Positions 57,101 through 64,000 of a DNA stretch of 64,000 nt are shown piece after piece. A model generated the notes under the pieces. It did no database searches and was not told the DNA's origin. It saw nothing but the letters and a program-made list of their open reading frames with translations. The position numbers and the translations under genes are program-made. Position 1 is the stretch's first letter; each line of letters starts with the position of its first letter. The stretch lies in the IMG/VR virus record IMGVR_UViG_3300043786_000977, positions 144,909 through 208,908 of that record. One strand, written 5' to 3'.

Positions 57101-59584
57101 ATCATCCCGTACAGGGGACACTCGTATGAGGATGCTTACGTGATCTCCAAGACCGCGGCTGATAAGCTGGCTTCGGAGCGTTTACAGGGCTTCGATCTGG
57201 ATGCACGCCACGGTGTCGAGATGGGACGTAACAAGTACATCTCTGCATTCCCGCGTGCGTATACGACGGAGCAGATAGATAATCTGGATGATGATGGCGT
57301 GGTTAAACCCGGTACTGTGTTGAAAAAGGGTGACCCGATCGCTTTAGCCGTAGGCCCGCGTCTACTTACAAGCGCCGACGCCCAGTTAGGTAAACTGCAT
57401 AAGGTATTACGAAGTGCCTATACCGATAAGTCATTGACATGGGATTACTCAGGCCCGGGCACAGTTACGGATGTCGCACTGACACGGAACGGTGTTCGTG
57501 TGAATATAAAGAGCACACCGCCTGTAAGCCAAGGTGATAAACTGTCGACACGCTTCGGACTGAAAGGTGTTGTTGGTACCATTTTGGATGACGATAAGAT
57601 GCCCAGGGATCCAGTAACCAATCAGCCCTATGAACTGTTACTGAATCCGATGGCCGTACTCTCACGCGTGGCGCCGAACCAGATCATGGAAATGGCGCTC
57701 GGTAAGATCGCAGCTAAGACAGGCAAGCAGGTTCGTATACCCCAGGAGCCACCACCAGAGGGTTGGATGAACTGGGTACAGGCGCAACTCGACGAAGCAG
57801 GTATAAAGGATTCTGCGGATATCTTTGATCCGGAGAGCGGTAAGACGATCCGTAACATCGGTGACGGTAGCGTATACGTGTCCGCCTTCCATCACTTGGC
57901 CGAGAAGAAGTTATCGAGCCGCGGTGACATCGGCAGTTATTCAGCTGACGAACAGCCAGCCCGCGGTGGTAGTACCGGGGCAAAGAAGTTTTCACAGATG
58001 GACGTTAACGCGGCCCTGGCTCACGGGGCGACAGATGTCATCAAGGACGTGATCACCATTCGTGGTACCAAGAACGAGGAGTTCTGGAAGGCCCTTAAAC
58101 TTGGCCGGCCGCTACCTGAACCCAAGGTGCCGTTCATATACGACAAGTTCCTGAATACCTTACGTGCCGGTGGGATCAACGTTGTAGAGAAAGGCGACAT
58201 GACACAGTTGTTGCCTATGATGGACGACGACGTTAAACAGTTGTCGAAGGGTGTTGTGACCAGTAGTGATATGGTTGATTCTGATTTTGAACCGATGGCT
58301 GGTGGTCTCTTCGATGTCGGACGTACAGGTGGTATGGCAGGTAACCGGTGGACACATATCGAGTTGCCTGAACCACTCCCTAACCCCGTAATGGAAGAAC
58401 CGATCCGTCGTTTGCTCGGGCTCAAGATACAGGATATGGAAGATATCGTGGCTGGGCGTAAGGAGTTGAATGGTCAAACGGGTGGCGGTGCGTTAAAGGC
58501 TGCACTTGAGAAGATAGACCTGGATGCCATGATCACAGAGCACAGGCAGAAGGTACGGGTACTGCGTGGTGCTAATCGCGATAACTCGGTAAAGGTGTTG
58601 GGCTATCTTGCCTCTGCCAAGGAGCAAGGTATTCATCCCGCGAAATGGATCATCAGCAAGGTACCTGTATTGCCACCTGTCTTCCGTCCTATTTCGCGTA
58701 TGGGTGACGTAGCCTTGTCTGCAGACTTGAATGAGCTATACCGTGACGTGTTGGAGAGTTCTAAGACATTCAAGGAACTCAAACCAGATCTGCCAGATTC
58801 CGAGTTGGCAGATGAACGCTTGAACATATACAACTCTGTGCGTGCGGCATACGGCTTCGGCGATTCGATTACACCTGAGGGTCGATCGAAGCATCTTAAG
58901 GGCGCCGTACGTCAAGTCATCGGTACGTCTCCGAAGTTCGGGTTGTTCCAGTCCAAGGTTATATCAAAGCCGGTTGATGTTGTGGGACGTGGTGTGGTTA
59001 TACCCAACCCCAACCTGGATATGGATCAGCTCGGTATTCCTGCCGATTCGGCGTGGACATTGTACAAGGACTTCGTGATGCGCGCCCTCGTTCGCCACGG
59101 GTACCCGGCGATACGTGCAGCCGAAATGCTTGAGAACCGAACACCGGAAGCCAAGGAGATGCTGGAGAAGGAAATGTCAACACGGCCGGTGATTATGGAT
59201 CGGGCACCGACGTGGCATAAATTCAACCTGTTGGCGTTCTACCCGCATATCGTTGAGGGTCATACGCTCCAGGTCAGCCCATTGGTGACCAAGGGTTTCA
59301 ATATGGACTTCGACGGAGACCAGGCCAACTTCCATGTACCGGTCTCAGATAAAGCCGTCAGCCAAGCGACACGTAAGATGCTACCGTCAGCAAATCTATT
59401 CAGCTTAACGGATCTACAGTCGGTCCGGCATGCACCGTCAATGGAGATGACATACGGACTGTACCAACTTACACGGGAACAAACGAAGAAACCGACACGT
59501 GTATTTAAGACAGCAAAGGAAGCAAGGGCAGCATATAAAGCGGGAGAAATCGCCGCGAACGATCCAATTGAAATACTTGCCTGA
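54185..59584 (+). CDS. Phage multisubunit RNA polymerase: beta fused to the N-terminal half of beta', intein-containing
   Basis: Beta motifs QRGTFI..NQARLRPGVY, PEG..NIG, YEDAYVIS, GDKLSTRFGLKG, LNP..VLSR, HH..KKLSSR; beta' motifs HIELP, VPVLPPVFRP, DLNELY, KPVD..GRGV, RAPT, catalytic NMDFDGD. Confidence 0.93.
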   Translation: MISTPPASPLPSHLRDFDDTDKARELIYSGALDAVSKRFPVEDDEYRVELHKPRYTGVQTYSLEQQKQALMKERRLTTPITGTWKLVHKPTGAVLDEREDVVMNVPYYTQRGTFIHGGNEYSVVNQARLRPGVYIRRQRTGEIEGHVNVKSGSGKPFRVQLEPNTGVFKLHVGQSNVPLYPLMRAVGVTDQQLIKAWGADLVAANIKKQDPRSIAKLYDRFAGYKAEPGIDEAGQTKYLRDSLPLFELDEDVNARTLGLTGAKGVTPDVLLRMTSKMLGVSRGEEDPDDRDSPQFSHIYGVEDLIRERIDKDAGKLTQSMLRKVRRSRNLQAVRRGALNSYLDSLLLGSGLAMPLEETNPLHTLEQLNRITKLGEGGIGSAEAITDEARDVNSGQFGFVDPITGPEGCQASSMQVLTYDGWVSWPNVTMDMRLACNIDGQLEYHKPTELHAFDHDGWIYEARTKHLAFSVTGDHKIWNRAYDPGSAYRWERVGASFERDRHICIGGHSPVSGCDTDFELPIVEGGHALKLTTTTIPMLLWAEFMGWFLSEGSTCVRSDGQIQVSIAQHDPENQERIRRVLTQLPFEFSENRVHGELHAFIIVRKQLGVYLQQFGRSADKYIPQYLLDASIEARKVLLSSLCAGDGRRKGSTYTYCTTSHRLALDVERLAFSLGYSVRVRFEKDDRPQALQGGTWCVHLHLTKERCVLKRHMSRRPYTGKVYCATVPGSQLYVRLGDYGGHWSGNMNIGIDVRAAYRTFKGNDNNMYAEFNDIGTGKPVYLRPDEAASRVVAFPGQDPKAATIYAMRRGKVERVPRAEVDLAVPSFAHMMSSHTNLNPMPTAVQAGRQFYGAKFWSQYMPQVAGEVPLVDSLMPDGKTTWTEHYGRKVGTLKSDVGGTVVKVTDKGVTVMDADGKKHLNELVKDFPFNRLTGISYFPTVKVGDQVNVGDMVAHSNFTDSKTGALNLGRNLRTAIIPYRGHSYEDAYVISKTAADKLASERLQGFDLDARHGVEMGRNKYISAFPRAYTTEQIDNLDDDGVVKPGTVLKKGDPIALAVGPRLLTSADAQLGKLHKVLRSAYTDKSLTWDYSGPGTVTDVALTRNGVRVNIKSTPPVSQGDKLSTRFGLKGVVGTILDDDKMPRDPVTNQPYELLLNPMAVLSRVAPNQIMEMALGKIAAKTGKQVRIPQEPPPEGWMNWVQAQLDEAGIKDSADIFDPESGKTIRNIGDGSVYVSAFHHLAEKKLSSRGDIGSYSADEQPARGGSTGAKKFSQMDVNAALAHGATDVIKDVITIRGTKNEEFWKALKLGRPLPEPKVPFIYDKFLNTLRAGGINVVEKGDMTQLLPMMDDDVKQLSKGVVTSSDMVDSDFEPMAGGLFDVGRTGGMAGNRWTHIELPEPLPNPVMEEPIRRLLGLKIQDMEDIVAGRKELNGQTGGGALKAALEKIDLDAMITEHRQKVRVLRGANRDNSVKVLGYLASAKEQGIHPAKWIISKVPVLPPVFRPISRMGDVALSADLNELYRDVLESSKTFKELKPDLPDSELADERLNIYNSVRAAYGFGDSITPEGRSKHLKGAVRQVIGTSPKFGLFQSKVISKPVDVVGRGVVIPNPNLDMDQLGIPADSAWTLYKDFVMRALVRHGYPAIRAAEMLENRTPEAKEMLEKEMSTRPVIMDRAPTWHKFNLLAFYPHIVEGHTLQVSPLVTKGFNMDFDGDQANFHVPVSDKAVSQATRKMLPSANLFSLTDLQSVRHAPSMEMTYGLYQLTREQTKKPTRVFKTAKEARAAYKAGEIAANDPIEILA
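55406..56416 (+). mobile_element. Intein (337 aa) with LAGLIDADG homing endonuclease in RNAP beta
   Basis: Starts CQASSMQVLTYDGW; blocks FMGWFLSEGS and LCAGDG; ends VYCATVP...WSGN; interrupts PEG|xNIG. Confidence 0.9.
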
Positions 59585-59592
59585 GGTTAGTC

Positions 59593-59621
59593 TTGCAAAA
59601 GTGAGACCAGGGTTGTACTAT
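59593..59621 (+). promoter_or_regulatory. Sigma70-like promoter
   Basis: TTGCAA-17nt-TACTAT. Confidence 0.5.
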
Positions 59622-59656
59622 TGTGTTGGTTGATGGCTAAAGAAAGGGTTCATACT

Positions 59657-60145
59657 ATGGTTAAACTAGATCGTGCATTGTTAGCAGAAGTCAAGCGGGC
59701 CTTCGTCCCACAACCTGGTGGCGGTGGTGAACCGGTTGCTGGAGCGAGTCAGATGACCGCAGGAATGGGTGCTCCGATGGGCGCGCCCCCGGGCGGTGAT
59801 CCAGCGGCTGCGGGCGGTGCTATGCCTGCTCCTATGCCTCCCGCGGGCCTCGATCCTGCAATGGCGGGAATGATGGGCGGTGGCGGGGCAGCACCGGATC
59901 AGGGAATGACAGGATCATCACAGTTGAACCTCACTGTTGACGACCTGATCAAGTTGTTCAAGGTCTTCCAGCGGAACTCGGGTGGTGGCGGGGCGCCAGC
60001 AGCGGCACCAGCCGCAGCGCCGGCAGCAGCAGCTCCGCAAGGTGGTGACCCGCGTATTGATCGTCTTGTGACTATACTGGAACAGGCGCTCGGACAAGGT
60101 GGCGGAGGTGGCGGGGGCAGTGAGTTTGACAGCCAGCAGGCGTAA
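59657..60145 (+). CDS. Low-complexity Gly/Ala/Pro/Met-rich protein
   Basis: EVKRAF then GAPM/APAAAP repeats. Confidence 0.7.
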   Translation: MVKLDRALLAEVKRAFVPQPGGGGEPVAGASQMTAGMGAPMGAPPGGDPAAAGGAMPAPMPPAGLDPAMAGMMGGGGAAPDQGMTGSSQLNLTVDDLIKLFKVFQRNSGGGGAPAAAPAAAPAAAAPQGGDPRIDRLVTILEQALGQGGGGGGGSEFDSQQA

Positions 60146-60158
60146 GGCAGATTAACCT

Positions 60159-60440
60159 ATGGCAACAAAGGCACAACATGTGATCGTTCATGGTGGTGAC
60201 ATCCGGAAGCCCCCGCTATTGGACAGTGCCGAACCACGGTTGGTTGTATTCAATGATACAGAAGGTTTACCGATGGCATTCTTTGCGCGGTTACCTGATA
60301 ATCTTTGGGGCCTGGCGACACGCGGTGATCCCGATTGGGCTGAGATGCTTGTTAAGTATGGATTGGTCGGAATGCATGCTGGAACAAAACCACAAGATGT
60401 TATTACAGATGGCGTAGCGCCTTTTATAACGGAGGAGTAA
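60159..60440 (+). CDS. Hypothetical protein
   Basis: ORF in operon. Confidence 0.6.
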   Translation: MATKAQHVIVHGGDIRKPPLLDSAEPRLVVFNDTEGLPMAFFARLPDNLWGLATRGDPDWAEMLVKYGLVGMHAGTKPQDVITDGVAPFITEE

Positions 60441-60442
60441 CA

Positions 60443-60940
60443 ATGGCACCAAATGACGATAGTAGCAGAATCATACATCACAACAAACTGGCTGCGATTC
60501 GAGCAGAGATCTCAGCTAGTGGGCTATCGCCAGAGATTTGTGATTTAATGCAGACGAAGATCGACGATGCTGATCTGATCTATAGTCTATCACAGATAGA
60601 GGCCCCGTCTGCCGAGGAGATTGTCCAAAATGTGCGGACTATTGCCCGATTACTTAGCGATAAAATCTCAACTGACGTGCGACATGAAGTAAGGTCACAG
60701 GCAAAACTAAGGGCGACGATTATTGAAGCCGTTCAGTCTTCTGTTCCGGGTTCGGTTACTTCAGCTTTTTCAAACCTAACTGAATGTCCTGTGCGTATTA
60801 AGCGTCAAGCTTGCACATGGCGCGATACGTTAAAGATGGCTGTCGGTAAAAGTCCACTTGCAATTGCACTCATAGTAGCAGCGTTGGCTCTTTCCGGTCA
60901 TTTGAATTGGGTAGCTAAACTGATCGGACTTGGTCTGTGA
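60443..60940 (+). CDS. Hypothetical protein with C-terminal TM helix
   Basis: SD GGAGG; LAIALIVAALAL. Confidence 0.6.
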   Translation: MAPNDDSSRIIHHNKLAAIRAEISASGLSPEICDLMQTKIDDADLIYSLSQIEAPSAEEIVQNVRTIARLLSDKISTDVRHEVRSQAKLRATIIEAVQSSVPGSVTSAFSNLTECPVRIKRQACTWRDTLKMAVGKSPLAIALIVAALALSGHLNWVAKLIGLGL

Positions 60941-60966
60941 TCCTCACATTCTCAGGTTAATATATA

Positions 60967-62814
60967 ATGCGAACCACTGTCGGTCAACTGCTTGTCAACG
61001 ACGCACTCCCGGAAGAATTCCGGGATTACACACGTGTATTGACTAAGGGCGACACCGATAAGTTATTGGCCGCTGTTGCAAAGACGCGGCCAGATGATTA
61101 TCGTGATATTTCACACAAGCTGGTACAGCTTGGGCGTAACGCAGCGTTCGAAGAAGGTACTACCTTGCGTTTGGGCGATCTACGAGCCCCTGTTGATAAG
61201 GCGGAGTTGTTAGATCATATCACGCAACAGGAAGACCGGATTACCGCAGATAAGACCATGACGCCGGCCGATAAGCAGGAAGCACGGGAGACCGTGTACT
61301 CTGAAGTCAATGATGCTTTGAAGAAGATGACCATGGACGCGTCTCTGGCTTCCGAGAATCCGTTTGCCTTACAGGTGAAGTCCAAGGCACGTGGTAATCC
61401 CGATCAGTTGGCAGCCATGCTTACGACGCCTGGTGTATACCAGGACGCCAAGGACAATATCATACCCGTGTTCATACGTCACAGCTACGCCGAGGGTCTA
61501 CAACCCCACGAGTACTGGGCAGCCACGTACGGGGCGCGTAAGGGCGTTATATCCTCGAAATTCGCCACTCGTCAAGCCGGGGCTCTTGGGAAGTTATACG
61601 GTATGGCCGTAATGGATTCTGTCGTCACCCAGGACGATTGTGAATCCCCGTATGGTATACCGGTAAAAGCGGACGATAATGACAATCTAGGTTCGGTTTT
61701 ATCGCGTCCCGTCGCCGGATTTACCGCGGGGACGGTAATAGATAAGCATGTTATGGCTGCGTTGCAGAGTAAGAAGATCGATCAGATCGTTGTGCGTTCG
61801 CCTATTACTTGTACGTTATCCAAGGGTGTATGCAAACACTGTGTGGGTCTACGGGAAGGCGGCGAGTTCCCGCCCATTGGGTACCACATCGGATTGAATG
61901 CCGCGTCTGCGATGGCAGAACAGATTGCCCAGGCATCGCTCAACGTAAAGCACTCCGGAAAGAAAGCTAAGGGTCAGACGACCTACTCTGGTTTTAACGT
62001 CATCAAGAATCTATCCACGGTACCGCAGACATTTCCGGATCGTGCGACAGTCGCCGAACGCGACGGTAAAATCACTAAGGTTGCTGAGGCGCCACAGGGT
62101 GGTTATCACGTCTACATCGACGACGAGGAACACTACGTCCCGGCCGGTATGGACCTGCACATCAAGGAAGGGGATACGGTTGAGGCCGGTGATCAGTTGT
62201 CGGACGGTATCGTCAATCCTTCAGACGTTGTACGTTTGAAGGGTTTGGGGGAAGGCCGGCGATACTTTGCAGAACGGTTGACACAGGCATTCCGTGAAAC
62301 CAATTTCGGGGTGAACCGCCGTAATGCTGAGGTCCTGGCACGTTCGATCGTGAATCACATACAGGTCGACGACGACGGTGCCGCGGGCGAACATCTACCG
62401 GGGGATGTTGTTACATACGGATCATGGGCCTACGGATATCGGCCGCGCAAGGATGCGAAGCGTTTAACGCCCAAGGCTGCGCTGGGGCAGTACTTGGAAG
62501 AACCCGCCATGCATTATACGGTCGGTACCCGTGTCACAAAAAATATGGCGAATATGTTACAACAACAAGGGACACAGGATATACTTACACACACGGCACC
62601 TGTGGGTGTTTCGCCTGTGATGATGTCTGTTGTTAAAACGCCCGAGTATACGGATGACTGGATGGCACGTTTGAGTTCAACCTACTTGAAGACACGGTTG
62701 CTGGAAGATGTACACGCCGGCGCCAAGTCAAACGTACACGGGATTCATCCGATCCCGGGTATTGCGAAGGGCACGGAGTTCGGACAGCAAAAGGGTAAGA
62801 CGTTCACGTACTAA
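60967..62814 (+). CDS. Phage RNA polymerase beta' C-terminal half
   Basis: TTVGQLL, SKARGN, SYAEGL..Y....YGARKG (bridge helix), DDC, VRSPITC..GVCKHCVG Zn site, IG..AA.A.AEQ..Q..L..KH (trigger loop). Confidence 0.92.
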   Translation: MRTTVGQLLVNDALPEEFRDYTRVLTKGDTDKLLAAVAKTRPDDYRDISHKLVQLGRNAAFEEGTTLRLGDLRAPVDKAELLDHITQQEDRITADKTMTPADKQEARETVYSEVNDALKKMTMDASLASENPFALQVKSKARGNPDQLAAMLTTPGVYQDAKDNIIPVFIRHSYAEGLQPHEYWAATYGARKGVISSKFATRQAGALGKLYGMAVMDSVVTQDDCESPYGIPVKADDNDNLGSVLSRPVAGFTAGTVIDKHVMAALQSKKIDQIVVRSPITCTLSKGVCKHCVGLREGGEFPPIGYHIGLNAASAMAEQIAQASLNVKHSGKKAKGQTTYSGFNVIKNLSTVPQTFPDRATVAERDGKITKVAEAPQGGYHVYIDDEEHYVPAGMDLHIKEGDTVEAGDQLSDGIVNPSDVVRLKGLGEGRRYFAERLTQAFRETNFGVNRRNAEVLARSIVNHIQVDDDGAAGEHLPGDVVTYGSWAYGYRPRKDAKRLTPKAALGQYLEEPAMHYTVGTRVTKNMANMLQQQGTQDILTHTAPVGVSPVMMSVVKTPEYTDDWMARLSSTYLKTRLLEDVHAGAKSNVHGIHPIPGIAKGTEFGQQKGKTFTY

Positions 62815-62923
62815 GGTGATTATGGATAAACAAGCATATTGGTGAGACAAAACGTCACATCATCATTGCATTGTATATGCCGAGTGTGATATAGATAGAG
62901 TATTCGGAGCTAAGGAGTAAGAT

Positions 62924-63199
62924 ATGACAGCACAAGAACAGGCGTACCAAGCAGGTTTTCAACAGAAGTGCGCCGAGCGCGGCGTGGATCCAGTCGCTTT
63001 GATCAAGTGGGCACAGGCAGTGGCTCCAGATCCCGATACTACTCTCGACGGCAAACGCCCGCTCAACCCGCGCTTACCTGATAACGTGATGTTCCGGAAT
63101 CCTCCGGTTAAAGGGACCAATGTACTGGGACGTACAGTCGCGCCGACGGCCACAAAGAAAGCACCGCAGCTTGCACCTAAATTACCAGTACGGAAGTAA
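62924..63199 (+). CDS. Small protein with shared N-terminal module
   Basis: QAYQAGFQQKCAERGVDP..IKWA. Confidence 0.7.
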   Translation: MTAQEQAYQAGFQQKCAERGVDPVALIKWAQAVAPDPDTTLDGKRPLNPRLPDNVMFRNPPVKGTNVLGRTVAPTATKKAPQLAPKLPVRK

Positions 63200-63211
63200 G
63201 GAGACAGAGAT

Positions 63212-64000
63212 ATGACAAAGACTTTCAATTCATTGTTGGCGCAGGTACCAAAGAGCCTGGAGCCTTTTGGTTACGTCAAGCAGGCAGGGCCTGGGGGCGT
63301 CGAGAGCCCTGACGAGAACCAACTAGAACAGGACTTCTCACGGTTGGCGTATATGTTCGTACAGGATCGTGCGTCGCCATTGATGAAGTATATGCTGGGC
63401 TTCGAGGTCGTTAACCGTGAGGAAGACGGCTCAAGAGCGGTAGGTCTGTTTGGCTTCAAGATCGGCAAGGACTATTACTATGTCCCGGCCTTCTTCGTGA
63501 ACAACCAGATCAAGGGTGTGGATCTTCTATTCTCCAAGCGCACGAACATGTTCGTACCTCTCCAGGAAGACTGGATCAATTATATCGTCAATCGCCAGAC
63601 GATCGAACTCGGCGGACAGGCCGAGGATAAGGTACAACGTGACTTTGAGAATCCGAACTTCGATTTCTTATCACGGCCACCTATCGGACCGAAGACGGCC
63701 GAAGCACCCTGGTCGTTCAAGGAAGCATGGTACCAGCTCCAGATGCAGTTAAATGAAAAACTGGAGAAGGATGCCGCGTTCCAGGAGGCCTGGGGCGGTC
63801 TCGTATGCAGCATAATGAACAAGGACCTACCGTTTGAAAAGACAGGCGAAGCGAGCCCGTTGAAGACGTGGCTCGAAAAGCGCGGCGGACCTAAGGCAGT
63901 AAGTACGTTCCTGAATACGTTAACCAGGAATCCCAAGTACGCCAACGCCGCCCTTACATTTTACCCATCAGTCGAGTCCCTGTACGTGCATCAGTTCGCG
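63212..64000 (+). CDS. Large hypothetical (putative virion) protein, truncated by the window end
   Basis: SD AAGGAG; open frame of 263 codons to the window end, MTKTFNSLL...YVKQAG. Confidence 0.75.
   Translation, partial: MTKTFNSLLAQVPKSLEPFGYVKQAGPGGVESPDENQLEQDFSRLAYMFVQDRASPLMKYMLGFEVVNREEDGSRAVGLFGFKIGKDYYYVPAFFVNNQIKGVDLLFSKRTNMFVPLQEDWINYIVNRQTIELGGQAEDKVQRDFENPNFDFLSRPPIGPKTAEAPWSFKEAWYQLQMQLNEKLEKDAAFQEAWGGLVCSIMNKDLPFEKTGEASPLKTWLEKRGGPKAVSTFLNTLTRNPKYANAALTFYPSVESLYVHQFA

Noticed and set aside
1-64000. Alternative genetic code or stop-codon reassignment
   Set aside because: Conserved long genes (nrdJ, RNAP, portal) are uninterrupted under the standard code and no suppressor tRNA is seen

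Overview
The window is a segment of a large tailed (jumbo-type) bacteriophage genome. Essentially all credible genes lie on the + strand and use the standard genetic code. (1) 1-10 kb: a cluster of 11 CCA-ending tRNA genes. One, tRNA-Leu(UAA), is split by a group I intron carrying an HNH homing endonuclease. The cluster is interleaved with two free-standing HNH genes, a vWA protein, a class II ribonucleotide reductase (nrdJ) and a CX5R phosphatase. (2) 10-17 kb: a radical SAM gene and two nucleotidyltransferases, then about 1.65 kb of non-coding, highly structured sequence directly upstream of a Ro60/TROVE-related (DUF2828-type) gene. The non-coding stretch holds a ~560-nt multi-stem RNA, a YrlA-like permuted tRNA mimic, and an array of CAGCAA-marked stem units with covarying stems and variable anticodon-like loops. 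This is the most striking candidate system. (3) 17-42 kb: dozens of small hypothetical genes, plus a lysozyme-like protein, a lipoprotein metacaspase, an HD hydrolase, a MYG1-like nuclease and an iteron-like intergenic region. (4) 42-64 kb: a putative virion/transcription module. It contains a portal-like gene, many Gly/Ala-rich proteins sharing an N-terminal module and K-x-A motif, and a two-chain multisubunit RNA polymerase (beta fused to the N-half of beta', separate beta' C-half). The beta region carries an intein whose +1 residue is Met rather than Cys/Ser/Thr. All calls are from motif and base-pairing inspection only; no database searches were run.
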